The notes beneath the pieces are model-generated. The model ran no database searches, was not told the DNA's origin, and saw nothing but the letters and a program-made list of their open reading frames with translations. Below, one piece after another: positions 48,877 through 58,151 of a stretch of DNA of 63,847 bases; the stretch's first letter is position 1, and each line of letters starts with the position of its first letter. A program made the position numbers and the translations under genes. This stretch comes from Candidatus Methanophagales archaeon (lineage in GTDB: Archaea; Halobacteriota; Syntropharchaeia; Alkanophagales; Methanospirareceae), in contig QENH01000199.1 in assembly GCA_003336485.1 (NCBI GenBank), positions 1-63,847 on the forward strand, given 5' to 3'.

Positions 48877-49887
48877 GTGCATGAAATGAGCAGGAAACAA
48901 GAGACGGTAAGAGTAACGATAATAGGATTTGGCTATGTAGGACGCGGCGTGGCAGAGGTGATAAAACGGAAACATGATGCGATAGCATTAAAACACGGCA
49001 TAGACCTAAAAATTGTCGGCATAGCGGACTTGTATGGCAGTATTGTGAATGAGAACGGACTGACTGAGGAAGAGCTATTGGACCTCGGAACAGGAAAAAA
49101 TCTAAAAGACATCTCAAGTTTGGATCTAATAAAAGAGGTAGAGCATGATGTTATGGTGGAAACGACACCAACAAATGTCGATAATGGCGAGCCGGGATTA
49201 ACTCATGTACTTACTGCATTAGAATCAGATAGGCATGTAGTAACCTCGAATAAAGGGCCAATAGCATTAGAGTATAAGAAGGTTACGGAACTCGCAGCGA
49301 AGCGTGGTAAAGAGCTAAGATTTGAAGCTTCAGTAGGCGGCGCAATGCCATTAATCTCACTGGTGAGTGATAATCTCGCAGGTAATGGGGTCATATCAAT
49401 AGAGGGTATTTTGAATGGCACTTGCAACTATATTCTAACGCGGATGGCAGAGGAGAAGCTGCCTTACGAGCATGTGTTAAAGGAGGCGCAGGGGATAGGA
49501 ATAGCAGAGGCGGATCCATCCAAGGATATAGAAGGGGTAGATACGGCAGTGAAACTAGTAATATTAGCTAATTCCATCTTTGATATGGACGCAGCCTATA
49601 GTGATGTTGAAGTGGCCGGGATTACCGAGATAACCCAGGAGGCGTTGAAACTGGCAGATGACGAGGGCTATGTGATAAAATTAATAGGCGAAGTAGACAG
49701 CGATGGCAGCCTGAAAGTTGCGCCCCGGTTAGTACCGAAAGCAAACCCGCTTAATGTCAGTGGTACACTAAACGTTGCAACTATAAAAACAGACTTAGCC
49801 GGTGACATTACGGTCATTGGTAAAGGTGCGGGACCTATAGAAGCAGCAAGTGCTATTCTCTCTGATATAATAGGTATTTACACCTGA
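48877..49887 (+). CDS. hom: homoserine dehydrogenase
   Basis: VTIIGFGYVGRGV (NAD site), VVTSNKGP, EASVGGAMP, LNGTCNYILTRM, ADPSKDIEGVD. Confidence 0.9.
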   Translation: MHEMSRKQETVRVTIIGFGYVGRGVAEVIKRKHDAIALKHGIDLKIVGIADLYGSIVNENGLTEEELLDLGTGKNLKDISSLDLIKEVEHDVMVETTPTNVDNGEPGLTHVLTALESDRHVVTSNKGPIALEYKKVTELAAKRGKELRFEASVGGAMPLISLVSDNLAGNGVISIEGILNGTCNYILTRMAEEKLPYEHVLKEAQGIGIAEADPSKDIEGVDTAVKLVILANSIFDMDAAYSDVEVAGITEITQEALKLADDEGYVIKLIGEVDSDGSLKVAPRLVPKANPLNVSGTLNVATIKTDLAGDITVIGKGAGPIEAASAILSDIIGIYT

Positions 49888-49927
49888 GTTGAGATATAGG
49901 CCATGATTAAATGGCTCTTTTTTTATT

Positions 49928-50600
49928 TCACTGCCGTGATTTTTTCCCCCTTTCCAACAAGACCAGAAACGCAGGTACAATCGTTAACGCTGCAACCATA
50001 CAACACACCACACCCAGTCAGAGCTGTCACTTCTACATCGGCTAAAAAAAGCACCCCCTATGTCCATATACTACCGAAAATAATGGTTGTTATCGGTATG
50101 AGCCCATATTTTACCGATGCAAATATGATTATGAGGACGATTATAATCAGAACAAGACTGAGCGAAGATGTAGATTGCATCGTGGTTCCTGCGAGTTTTA
50201 CCATCGTTGCCGTCACAATCGAGTCGCCGGTAATGCCCACTTTCACGCCCGGCGGCTTGTCCAGTCTTATTGCTTCTTGTAAATCCTTGACCACTATAGC
50301 CTCATCCAAATTAGCCAACATGTCCATGCTCACCACGCTCATTCTGTATTCATCGTTTATGTAATGGCTCATCTGCTGCTCTGCCACTTCATTCTGCTCC
50401 AAAAGCAACTTCACACTGTCCAACGAACTCGGTATTTTGCCGCCGTTACCATGTTCGTTTGTTTTTTCCCGCCAAAACAGATCCATATACCTAACACCCC
50501 GCTTTACGTGGCCATCCTGAGCGTGGGACTTCTCATCATAGCGATTATTCCACAGATCATATATCAGTTCAAGAAACCGGACTGGGTACCATAAGAATTG
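49928..50600 (-). pseudogene. fragments of an MMPL/RND-type exporter
   Basis: The open frame from 50600 (includes ORF 50058..50486) ends in TM segment LSLVLIIIVLIIIFASVKYGLIPITTIIFGSIWT. In another frame there is a C-terminal-like VCCMVAALTIVPAFLVLLERGKKSRQ*. Most of the protein is missing. Confidence 0.45.
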
Positions 50601-50691
50601 CTAATCTTAAAAACCACGAGATTACACAAGATTAACACAAGAAATTAGGGTTAATATGGGTGGGCTAGCCAATAGTTTAGTAAAACCCGAT

Positions 50692-50883
50692 TCATAAAAT
50701 TTGTTTTACTCTGCCGATTTCACCACTTTCAAGACGTACTTTTATGCCATGTGGATGAGTCCGCGAATTCGTTAGTATGCGCTGAACAACGCCTGTTGTA
50801 AGTGTACCTGTTTTTTGGTCATTTTTTAATACTATTGCAACATGTAACCCCAGAGTAATATTAGCTCGAATAGTTCCATCCAT
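50692..50883 (-). CDS. YwbE-family protein (DUF2196)
   Basis: GLHVAIVLKNDQKTGTLTTGVVQRILTNSRTHPHGIKVRLESGEIGRV is close to the YwbE consensus. Confidence 0.85.
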   Translation of the reverse strand: MDGTIRANITLGLHVAIVLKNDQKTGTLTTGVVQRILTNSRTHPHGIKVRLESGEIGRVKQIL

Positions 50884-51274
50884 GTTTATTTACGTTCTCC
50901 TATCGATTAGATCTTGTTCACTCATTTTTCGCATACCCGTTTTTATTTTATTGTACCTAAAGTATGACTTCCACATATTTAATTTAATTTAGTTTAGGAC
51001 GCAGATTTATACGGATTTACACGGATTTGTTTTTTTTCTGTGTGGTATGGTGGTAAGGTAATGGTTATGTTTGATATGGAAGTGGGGCATTTTTTTGTGT
51101 GTGACGCAAGTATCTGAAATGGGGCAAGAAGTATTAATTCGAGAAAGCATAAAATTCAACTAAAACTAAGTATAGACACAGATTAACGCAGATTAACACC
51201 GATTCTAAAGATCAACTGCCAGCCAGGATAAGAACGCAGAGGCATTAGAAAACCTAAGCATGAATTGGAACACT

Positions 51275-51643
51275 CTAAAACTCGGCGCCCTCTCTCGATC
51301 TCCGCGTTAAATATGCAGGAATCGTGACACCAACTACTTTTCCGGACCATATTTGTCTCAAGCTAAGAGGAGTACACAGCAATGTTTCTATATTACCTTC
51401 CCGCTTCTCATTGAAAAAAACCTTTCCCGAGAATAGGTATGCCATGAATATGCCCAACATCAACACAAAATAGAAGATCAGGTTGTTGAATTGACCAGCC
51501 AATGCAGATTCCTCTACCGTTTTGACAACAGGTGCGGTCATTACACTGAACCATACTGCAAAAAATATGCCTATGAGCATCTGGCTTCTGGTCCTTATAA
51601 TCCCTTTCAGCTCCTTCTTTGCGACAACCAATATTTTATTCAT
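51275..51643 (-). pseudogene. ABC-2-type permease, N-terminal 122 codons only
   Basis: MNKILVVAKKELKGIIRTRSQMLIGIFF... is a typical ABC-2 start with an ATGA overlap to the upstream ATPase. It ends prematurely. Confidence 0.55.
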
Positions 51644-52185
51644 TCTGCTTGCTCCCTCCCTTTCTGTACAATATCCAGATACACGTCCTCCAGGGACTTC
51701 GAGGTCTTCTTTATTTCTTCCACTTTTAGTCCCGCACCCATCAATGTGCTCAAGAGTGTTGAGGTATCTTTCCCCATTAAAGTGACCGTTACTTTTGTAT
51801 TTTCTGCTCTTCTATCGGAAAGTCCCCCGAAGTCCTGAAGTTCTCCTATCCTTCTTTTTCGCGCTACTTCATCTGCGATTCCGTAAAGCTGTGCCTAGTA
51901 ATCCAGATTTTCATGTGCCGATAGCCCATCATATAAGCCGTCATTTTCTAAAAGAACGCCGACTTTAGTTCTCAGTTCTTCGTTCTCTCCCAGATTCTGT
52001 TCCTGAACCAATACGTTACCGGATGTTGGCTTCAGAAGTCCCAGGCTAATCCGCATTGTTGTTGTCTTCCCCGCTCCATTAGGACCGAGATACCCGAATA
52101 TCTCGCCTTCTTTCACTTCAAAACTGATGCCGTTAAGCACTGTTTTGCCGTTAAACGTTTTTGTCAGGTTTTGTACTTCTATCAT
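51640..52185 (-). pseudogene. ABC transporter ATP-binding protein, copy 1 (nonsense codon plus internal deletion)
   Basis: Walker A GPNGAGKTT. TAG at 51895-51897 where copy 2 has TAT. The frame continues ...LSDRRAENTKVTVTLMGKD...SLEDVYLDIV. The LSGGQ signature and Walker B region are missing. Confidence 0.7.
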
Positions 52186-53427
52186 TTTTTTTCATCTCCT
52201 TTCGTTTTAATATGTCTATAGTTTTAAGCAGCACCGCTCCACGTCTGATTGTATCTTTGATCGCGCAACTCAGGTACATATAAAATCCCTTTCCCACGAC
52301 CTCTTTCGAGAGAAGCTGCACTGGCTGTGTTGTCTGATTCTTGGTGCCCGTATCGAACCCTACCGTGATAACACCGAGGTTGAGTACTGGTTGCGGCAAC
52401 GCACCCATACCCGCGACTGCGGTAACGGAAAAAATAGTTATGATACACGCCCCGCACAACCAACACTTTTGCTTTTATTTCTCCTTTCTTATTCATCTTC
52501 TCTTTATCTCCTTTTCAGCTTTCAGGTCCGCTTTTTTCTGCAAACCTTATTATTAATAATGAAACATCACTATTTAAACCTTTCCACCATTCGCAGTATT
52601 TGGAAAACAAAAATCAAACTAGTTAGAATATCGAAAAGTTGGATATTTATTATAACCTGTATAGTGAAGAAAATCACACAATCAAACATTTTCATTATTT
52701 ACTAATAGTCCCTATGTTCCGCAATTAAGCGGGAACAAAAATAAAAAATGGGGGCGTTCCTTTCTTCGGACATATAGTCTTTTGCTTCGCAAAAGCGATT
52801 GATTTGGCTTGGATTAGATGTTCATCTCCACTTTCTATACTGCCACAATCATAGCTGCTTCACGCCATCCGGCAAGGAGAATCAATGCAATTGCAAGCCC
52901 TATTCCGACCCCACTGTTCTAACGATAATCGTGGAACCGGACTGATACGGTAGGAGTTGTTAGTAAGTGCAAAGCGAGACTGATTATAAGTTGCAACTGC
53001 CACAAGTATGTAGGCGGTCATCTCGTATGGTCCGCCACGCCCCAATACTGCTAATGTTGGTGCCATTCGCTCTGCCATAGGAATGGAAAATGAGTTCGTT
53101 CCCAAAAAGACGGCATATAGAGTAATCAAGCCGAGGGGCGTTATGTAGCCAAGCGGAATGCGGTCTAAATACAGAATAAGGTTGACCAGGACGATTAAGA
53201 ATAAAGCTCCTAGGTTATACAACACAATCGTGCCCCATTCCTCGAGCATGGAGGGTGCTACATCCGAACCCACAATAATAGCTGAGCCTGTTTTACCTTG
53301 CAGAATACCCTCAGGTAAAAAGTGGTAACTTAAATACCATACCAGCGTGAAGAGAATGGCGCCAATCACGAAAAGGCTGATAAACCTGACGATTATGCTA
53401 TCGTTGAACAAAAATTTGTTTTCCATC
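51683..53427. repeat. segmental duplication, copy 1
   Basis: Offset of 5150 nt to copy 2. Four track ORFs spanning 52151-52705 have the same translations as the ORFs at +5150, and by-eye comparison shows no difference over about 52022-52937. 51683-52021 is diverged. Copy 2 lacks 52938-53387. Confidence 0.9.
52151..52459 (-). CDS. putative ribbon-helix-helix (CopG-like) regulator with hydrophobic N-terminal segment
   Basis: FYMYLSCAIKDTIRRGAVLLK resembles YYGCRSDAICDIIRRGAVQL of the RHH protein at 60986..61177. TTG start. An upstream ATG (52496) with a good SD is out of frame. Confidence 0.35.
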   Translation of the reverse strand: MCGACIITIFSVTAVAGMGALPQPVLNLGVITVGFDTGTKNQTTQPVQLLSKEVVGKGFYMYLSCAIKDTIRRGAVLLKTIDILKRKEMKKNDRSTKPDKNV

Positions 53428-53435
53428 TTTTTCAT
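52860..53435 (-). CDS. integral membrane protein (SpoIIM/DUF95-like)
   Basis: About 5 TM helices. The 3-prime end may be frameshifted: an alternative frame gives the helix VGIGLAIALILLAGWREAAMIVAV. Confidence 0.35.
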   Translation of the reverse strand: MKKMENKFLFNDSIIVRFISLFVIGAILFTLVWYLSYHFLPEGILQGKTGSAIIVGSDVAPSMLEEWGTIVLYNLGALFLIVLVNLILYLDRIPLGYITPLGLITLYAVFLGTNSFSIPMAERMAPTLAVLGRGGPYEMTAYILVAVATYNQSRFALTNNSYRISPVPRLSLEQWGRNRACNCIDSPCRMA

Positions 53436-53639
53436 TACTGCAAGCTTCTTCTATTGGGGTGGCTTAATCTTTTTTGGGGCTATGTTTTGGGCCTGTTAAT
53501 TAAACCTTCCTTTTTCGACATTCATCTCGTCGCACCTCTGTGGGTACATGGTTACGCGTCGTTAGTATTTGGCGGCCTCCACTCATTTTGGCGATCCTCT
53601 AGGGGATCATGAAAAATACGAGGCTCTTATTGCCTTCTT

Positions 53640-54146
53640 TCATTCTTTGTAAGATTCCCTCTTTGTTAGTACCCAATAGACCGACTCTGCCATGTGACGA
53701 GCTGTTGCAACAATTGCCACCTTCTCTCCCCTTCTTGCTTTTAGCCGATTGTAGATCCTCTGGAAGCGATTTGGTGTTGCTGAATGAACTGCCGCGCTTG
53801 TACTCTGTATTAACGCCCATCTTAGAAATCCGTTGCTATGCTTGTTTATGTGCCCGTACCTTGTATAGTCTCCAGATTGTTCGACCTTTTGTGCCAATCC
53901 TGCGTAACTAACGAAACTTTTCGGTTTGCGGAATCTCGCTATTTCTCCTATCTCACTCAGGGCAAGTAATGCATTGTGGAATCCTATACCGACTATACTC
54001 ATCAACCACATTGCCTCTTCTGTTACTTCAGCCTTCTCTCGTAGGATTCCTTCTACTTCATTGATCTTCTTACCTAGAATCCCCAGCACTTCCAGGTAAT
54101 CATCTAAAGCGGCCCTCCGTGATTCTTGCAGTTCCACTTCTTTCAT
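53640..54146 (-). mobile_element. IS110-family transposase, C-terminal domain fragment only
   Basis: LMSIVGIGFHNALLALSEIGEIARFRKPKSFVSYAGLAQKVEQSGD...RWALIQSTSAAV...ATARHMAESVYWVL = Transposase_20-type region. The DEDD N-terminal domain is absent. Confidence 0.75.
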
Positions 54147-54437
54147 TTTATGCTCACCACCACATCATTTGTTGCTTTTTTTCAAGATTCCAATACAGGA
54201 TAGTATGCCAACTGCTATAACTGCAGAAACCAGGGGATCAATCATTGCTGAAAACAACACGAAGAATGCCGCTAAGATAGCAATTATGCCTTTTTTCCAT
54301 ATCTATATATCTTTTCATCTTTTTTATCTCTTGTTTTCCAAATTTTATCCGCATGTATTCGTTTTTTTTTATGCATAAGCTCTCCTAATTCTGATGTTTG
54401 TCGAGCATATATCTTTCATATTTTTATCTCTCCGTCA

Positions 54438-56405
54438 TCAAAACCGGAACCCAAGCAAATTCCAATAGTTCAGGAACCATATGAAGCCCAGCGCCGCCAC
54501 CGTCACTACTGTGTAATGCACACGTCCGACCACGCCCCAGTAGCGGTTCTTCCATGCCAGCATGGTGAAGCATAGTGCCCCTATCGTCAGGACAGCAGCC
54601 AGCAGTGGTAGCACCAACACAAAAGGCAAGAGTGGTGGAACGCCATACATCGGGCTTGTGGTGTCGCTCAATACAATCACCATGCCGATCAGGAACAGCA
54701 CGTATAGCGCACTCATCCCCCCAGCTACCCAGCGTGCCTGACGGGAGCGGAGTATACCCGCTTTTTTCTTGCCCTTCAGGCGGTTGCGCAAAGCTCCAAT
54801 TGGCCAAGCAAGAACTGACAAGAAAAGGACCATAGAGACACTCAGCAAGATGTAGTGGAACATGGATGCTTCATACCACGCCAGCTTTACGAATGCCATG
54901 ACCGGCCATCCACTTACGAACATGTGGGTGATGCATCCCTGGCTGTCTTCACGGAAGACCAAGGTTTGCTGACCGCCCACTTCATGGAAGACCATCGGCT
55001 CCACCTCCACCCACTGTTTAGAGAGAAAAATGAGGCCATCCTCTGTTGCACTGACATCAAACTTCATCATGATACCCATTAGCTTTTCATACGTGGTGTA
55101 TACGGTTCTGGTGATCCCATAACTGCCTGTGAGCTGTCCGGCGCGCTGCTGGAAGTCTGCAGGGGGTTGCAGCGAAGAGGAATCGGGTATCGGGTAGTAG
55201 CGGTCGAGAAACGCCTGCAGCAGTTCGACCCTAGCCCCACCCAAGGGATTCTCTGGCTCCGTGTCTATACTGTTGAAGGAAACAAACAGCCCAACGTTCT
55301 CTTCGGGCAGCAACACGAGTAAGGAGTGGAAATAGATCGTATCTCCTCCGTGCTCGATAATCTTCTGGTTGTTAAGGTGCCCTTCGTAAAAGCCGTAGCA
55401 CATCCCATTAATCCGGGGATCGTGGGTAAAGTGCCAGCGGTGCATCTCCTGAGCTGTGGCTTCTTGCAGTATGCGCACCCCACCATAACGCCCGTCTTCG
55501 AGGTGTGCAATCATGAAATTAGCAATATCCGTGGAAGTCGCGCTCATTGAGCCTGCCGGCATGAGACCGTTTAAATATTCAAACTCCTCCGCCTTGTACG
55601 CGCCGTTTTTATAGGTGTAGCCCATGGCCATATTGGGTGCTAATTCAGGTGGTATCGGCTGGCGGAAAGTACTGTGCTGCATGTCAAGCGGCTTGTAAAT
55701 ATTTTCCTCGATGTAATCATCAAAAGGCATACCGGAAACCTCTTCTACGATGTAACCGGCAAGAGCTGTACCGTGGTTGGAATAGGCAGTAAATTCGCCG
55801 GGCGAGCGCACCCGGGCTGGCATGTTGTCCGCCAGATACTCCCCCAGAGGTTTAACATCGTCGGCGCTGCGCGCAAAGATGCGACCGTGATCTTCAAACC
55901 CTGCAGTGTGAGTCATCAGGTGCGCAAGCGTGATAGGCTCCGGGTAGGTATCCGGAATTTTGAAATCAGTGAGGTATATGTTTAAGTCGGCGTTGAGATC
56001 CAGTTTGCCCTGTTCGGCGAGTTGCATCACCGCAGTCCATGTAAACAGTTTGCTGACCGAACCGACACGGAAGAGCGACTCATTGGCAATCACTGGTTTT
56101 CTGCTTTCTAGGTCTGCATATCCATAACCTTTTGCAAAGAAAAGTTTACCGTCTTTAACAACTGAAATAGTTGCCCCGGGAATATGATAAGCCTCCATCT
56201 GTGCAGCCATTACGCCATCTATAAAGGCTTCCAGTTCCCGCGGATCGGTTGGTCCCTGCTGGTTGGTGACTAAGGGCACATCACTGTTTGGTTTGGTCGG
56301 TATACCTTGAGCCATGGTGAATGGTGCTGCCAGCAACAAAACTAAGATAGCCAGAAATACTGAATACATCAGCTTTGTGGGAGGCAACGGTTGTCTTTTC
56401 ATCAT
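54438..56405 (-). CDS. beta-lactamase-family serine hydrolase with C-terminal four-helix membrane domain
   Basis: Signal peptide, SxxK motif FRVGSVSKLFT, YSN (AYSNHG), then hydrophobic helices in the last ~150 aa. Confidence 0.8.
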   Translation of the reverse strand: MMKRQPLPPTKLMYSVFLAILVLLLAAPFTMAQGIPTKPNSDVPLVTNQQGPTDPRELEAFIDGVMAAQMEAYHIPGATISVVKDGKLFFAKGYGYADLESRKPVIANESLFRVGSVSKLFTWTAVMQLAEQGKLDLNADLNIYLTDFKIPDTYPEPITLAHLMTHTAGFEDHGRIFARSADDVKPLGEYLADNMPARVRSPGEFTAYSNHGTALAGYIVEEVSGMPFDDYIEENIYKPLDMQHSTFRQPIPPELAPNMAMGYTYKNGAYKAEEFEYLNGLMPAGSMSATSTDIANFMIAHLEDGRYGGVRILQEATAQEMHRWHFTHDPRINGMCYGFYEGHLNNQKIIEHGGDTIYFHSLLVLLPEENVGLFVSFNSIDTEPENPLGGARVELLQAFLDRYYPIPDSSSLQPPADFQQRAGQLTGSYGITRTVYTTYEKLMGIMMKFDVSATEDGLIFLSKQWVEVEPMVFHEVGGQQTLVFREDSQGCITHMFVSGWPVMAFVKLAWYEASMFHYILLSVSMVLFLSVLAWPIGALRNRLKGKKKAGILRSRQARWVAGGMSALYVLFLIGMVIVLSDTTSPMYGVPPLLPFVLVLPLLAAVLTIGALCFTMLAWKNRYWGVVGRVHYTVVTVAALGFIWFLNYWNLLGFRF

Positions 56406-56415
56406 TTTCCTCGCC

Positions 56416-56616
56416 TAAATTGAAGTTTTTGATGATCTAATCTTACTTTTTTTCCTTCTTTGCCTTATCTTCCATAACTGAATAACCTACTGCAACACCA
56501 AGAACTAGTCCTGTTCCCATTCCGGCACCAATATTGCCCGCTACAACACCTAAACCAGCTCCAATAGCTATCCCAATCCCAATACTTAATCCCATAACAT
56601 TTCTATATCTTTTCAT
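56416..56616 (-). CDS. small glycine-zipper membrane protein
   Basis: Hand-translated; not in the supplied track. MKRYRNVMGLSIGIGIAIGAGLGVVAGNIGAGMGTGLVLGVAVGYSVMEDKARRKK... is homologous to the C-terminus of 59916..60986. GGAGA lies upstream. Confidence 0.45.
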
Positions 56617-56813
56617 ATTTTTATCTCCTTTTGTTCCAATACGTTAATGTATCTTGTTGTATATAATGTATAACTTCAAGGCGGAGCCCCTACATGGAGC
56701 AGAGCCAATACATTATGGAATACTCGTAACTATCCTCTCCTTACTCAGATATTTGGACAGGTAGCTTATGAGTGCCAGTAAAAGCACCGCTGCGATCAGC
56801 AAAAATCCAACCT

Positions 56814-57335
56814 CTATCCACGAAACTGCAAATCCTCCTCCAGAGACTTCGAGGTCTTCGTGATTTCTTCTACTTTTATACCTTCTCCCGTCAAAGTGCT
56901 CAGGAGTGTTGAGGTATCTTTCCCCATTAAAGTAACCGTTACTTTTGTATTTTCTGCTCTTCTATCGGAAAGCCCCACGAAGTCCAGAAGTTCTCCTATC
57001 CTTCTTTTTCGCGCTACTCCGTCTGAGATTCCGTAAAGCTGTGCATAGTAATCCTGATTTTCATGTGCCGATAGCCCCTTATATAAGCCGTCATTTTCTA
57101 AAAGAACGCCGACCGTATTTCTTATTTCTTCGTTCTCTCCCAGATTCTGTCCCTGAACCAATACGTTCCCGGATGTTGGCTTCAGAAGTCCCAGGCTAAT
57201 CCGCATTGTTGTTGTCTTCCCCGCTCCATTAGGACCGAGATACCCGAATATCTCGCCTTCTTTCACTTCAAAACTGATGCCGTTAAGCACTGTTTTGCCG
57301 TTAAACGTTTTTGTCAGGTTTTGTACTTCTATCAT
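56814..57335 (-). pseudogene. ABC transporter ATP-binding protein, copy 2 (internal deletion; permease almost entirely deleted)
   Basis: Has the same Walker A and the same jump ...GLSDRRAE/NTKVTVTLMGKD... lacking LSGGQ and Walker B. A remnant permease C-terminus (WIEVGFLLIAAVLLLALISYLSKYL) follows in another frame at about 56700-56815. Confidence 0.7.
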
Positions 57336-58129
57336 TTTTTTTCATCTCCTTTCGTTTTAATATGTCTATAGTTTTAAGCAGCACCGCTCCACGTCTGATT
57401 GTATCTTTGATCGCGCAACTCAGGTACATATAAAATCCCTTTCCCACGACCTCTTTCGAGAGAAGCTGCACTGGCTGTGTTGTCTGATTCTTGGTGCCCG
57501 TATCGAACCCTACCGTGATAACACCGAGGTTGAGTACTGGTTGCGGCAACGCACCCATACCCGCGACTGCGGTAACGGAAAAAATAGTTATGATACACGC
57601 CCCGCACAACCAACACTTTTGCTTTTATTTCTCCTTTCTTATTCATCTTCTCTTTATCTCCTTTTCAGCTTTCAGGTCCGCTTTTTTCTGCAAACCTTAT
57701 TATTAATAATGAAACATCACTATTTAAACCTTTCCACCATTCGCAGTATTTGGAAAACAAAAATCAAACTAGTTAGAATATCGAAAAGTTGGATATTTAT
57801 TATAACCTGTATAGTGAAGAAAATCACACAATCAAACATTTTCATTATTTACTAATAGTCCCTATGTTCCGCAATTAAGCGGGAACAAAAATAAAAAATG
57901 GGGGCGTTCCTTTCTTCGGACATATAGTCTTTTGCTTCGCAAAAGCGATTGATTTGGCTTGGATTAGATGTTCATCTCCACTTTCTATACTGCCACAATC
58001 ATAGCTGCTTCACGCCATCCGGCAAGGAGAATCAATGCAATTGCAAGCCCTATTCCGACCCCACTGTTCTAACGATAATCGTGGAACCTGACGATTATGC
58101 TATCATTGAACAAAAATTTGTTTCCCATC
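56833..58129. repeat. segmental duplication, copy 2 (with ~450-bp internal deletion)
   Basis: See 51683-53427. The junction ...aatcgtggaacc|tgacgattatgc... joins the 3-prime and 5-prime ends of the 52860..53435 gene. Confidence 0.9.
57301..57609 (-). CDS. putative RHH-like regulator, duplicate of 52151..52459
   Basis: The translation in the track is identical to that of 52151..52459. Confidence 0.35.
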   Translation of the reverse strand: MCGACIITIFSVTAVAGMGALPQPVLNLGVITVGFDTGTKNQTTQPVQLLSKEVVGKGFYMYLSCAIKDTIRRGAVLLKTIDILKRKEMKKNDRSTKPDKNV

Positions 58130-58151
58130 TTATATCTCCTTCTTTTTATCC

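Noticed and set aside
49903-50364. 153-aa plus-strand ORF after hom
   Set aside because: The opposite strand carries recognisable MMPL/RND-like transmembrane and C-terminal fragments, while the plus-strand translation has no features.
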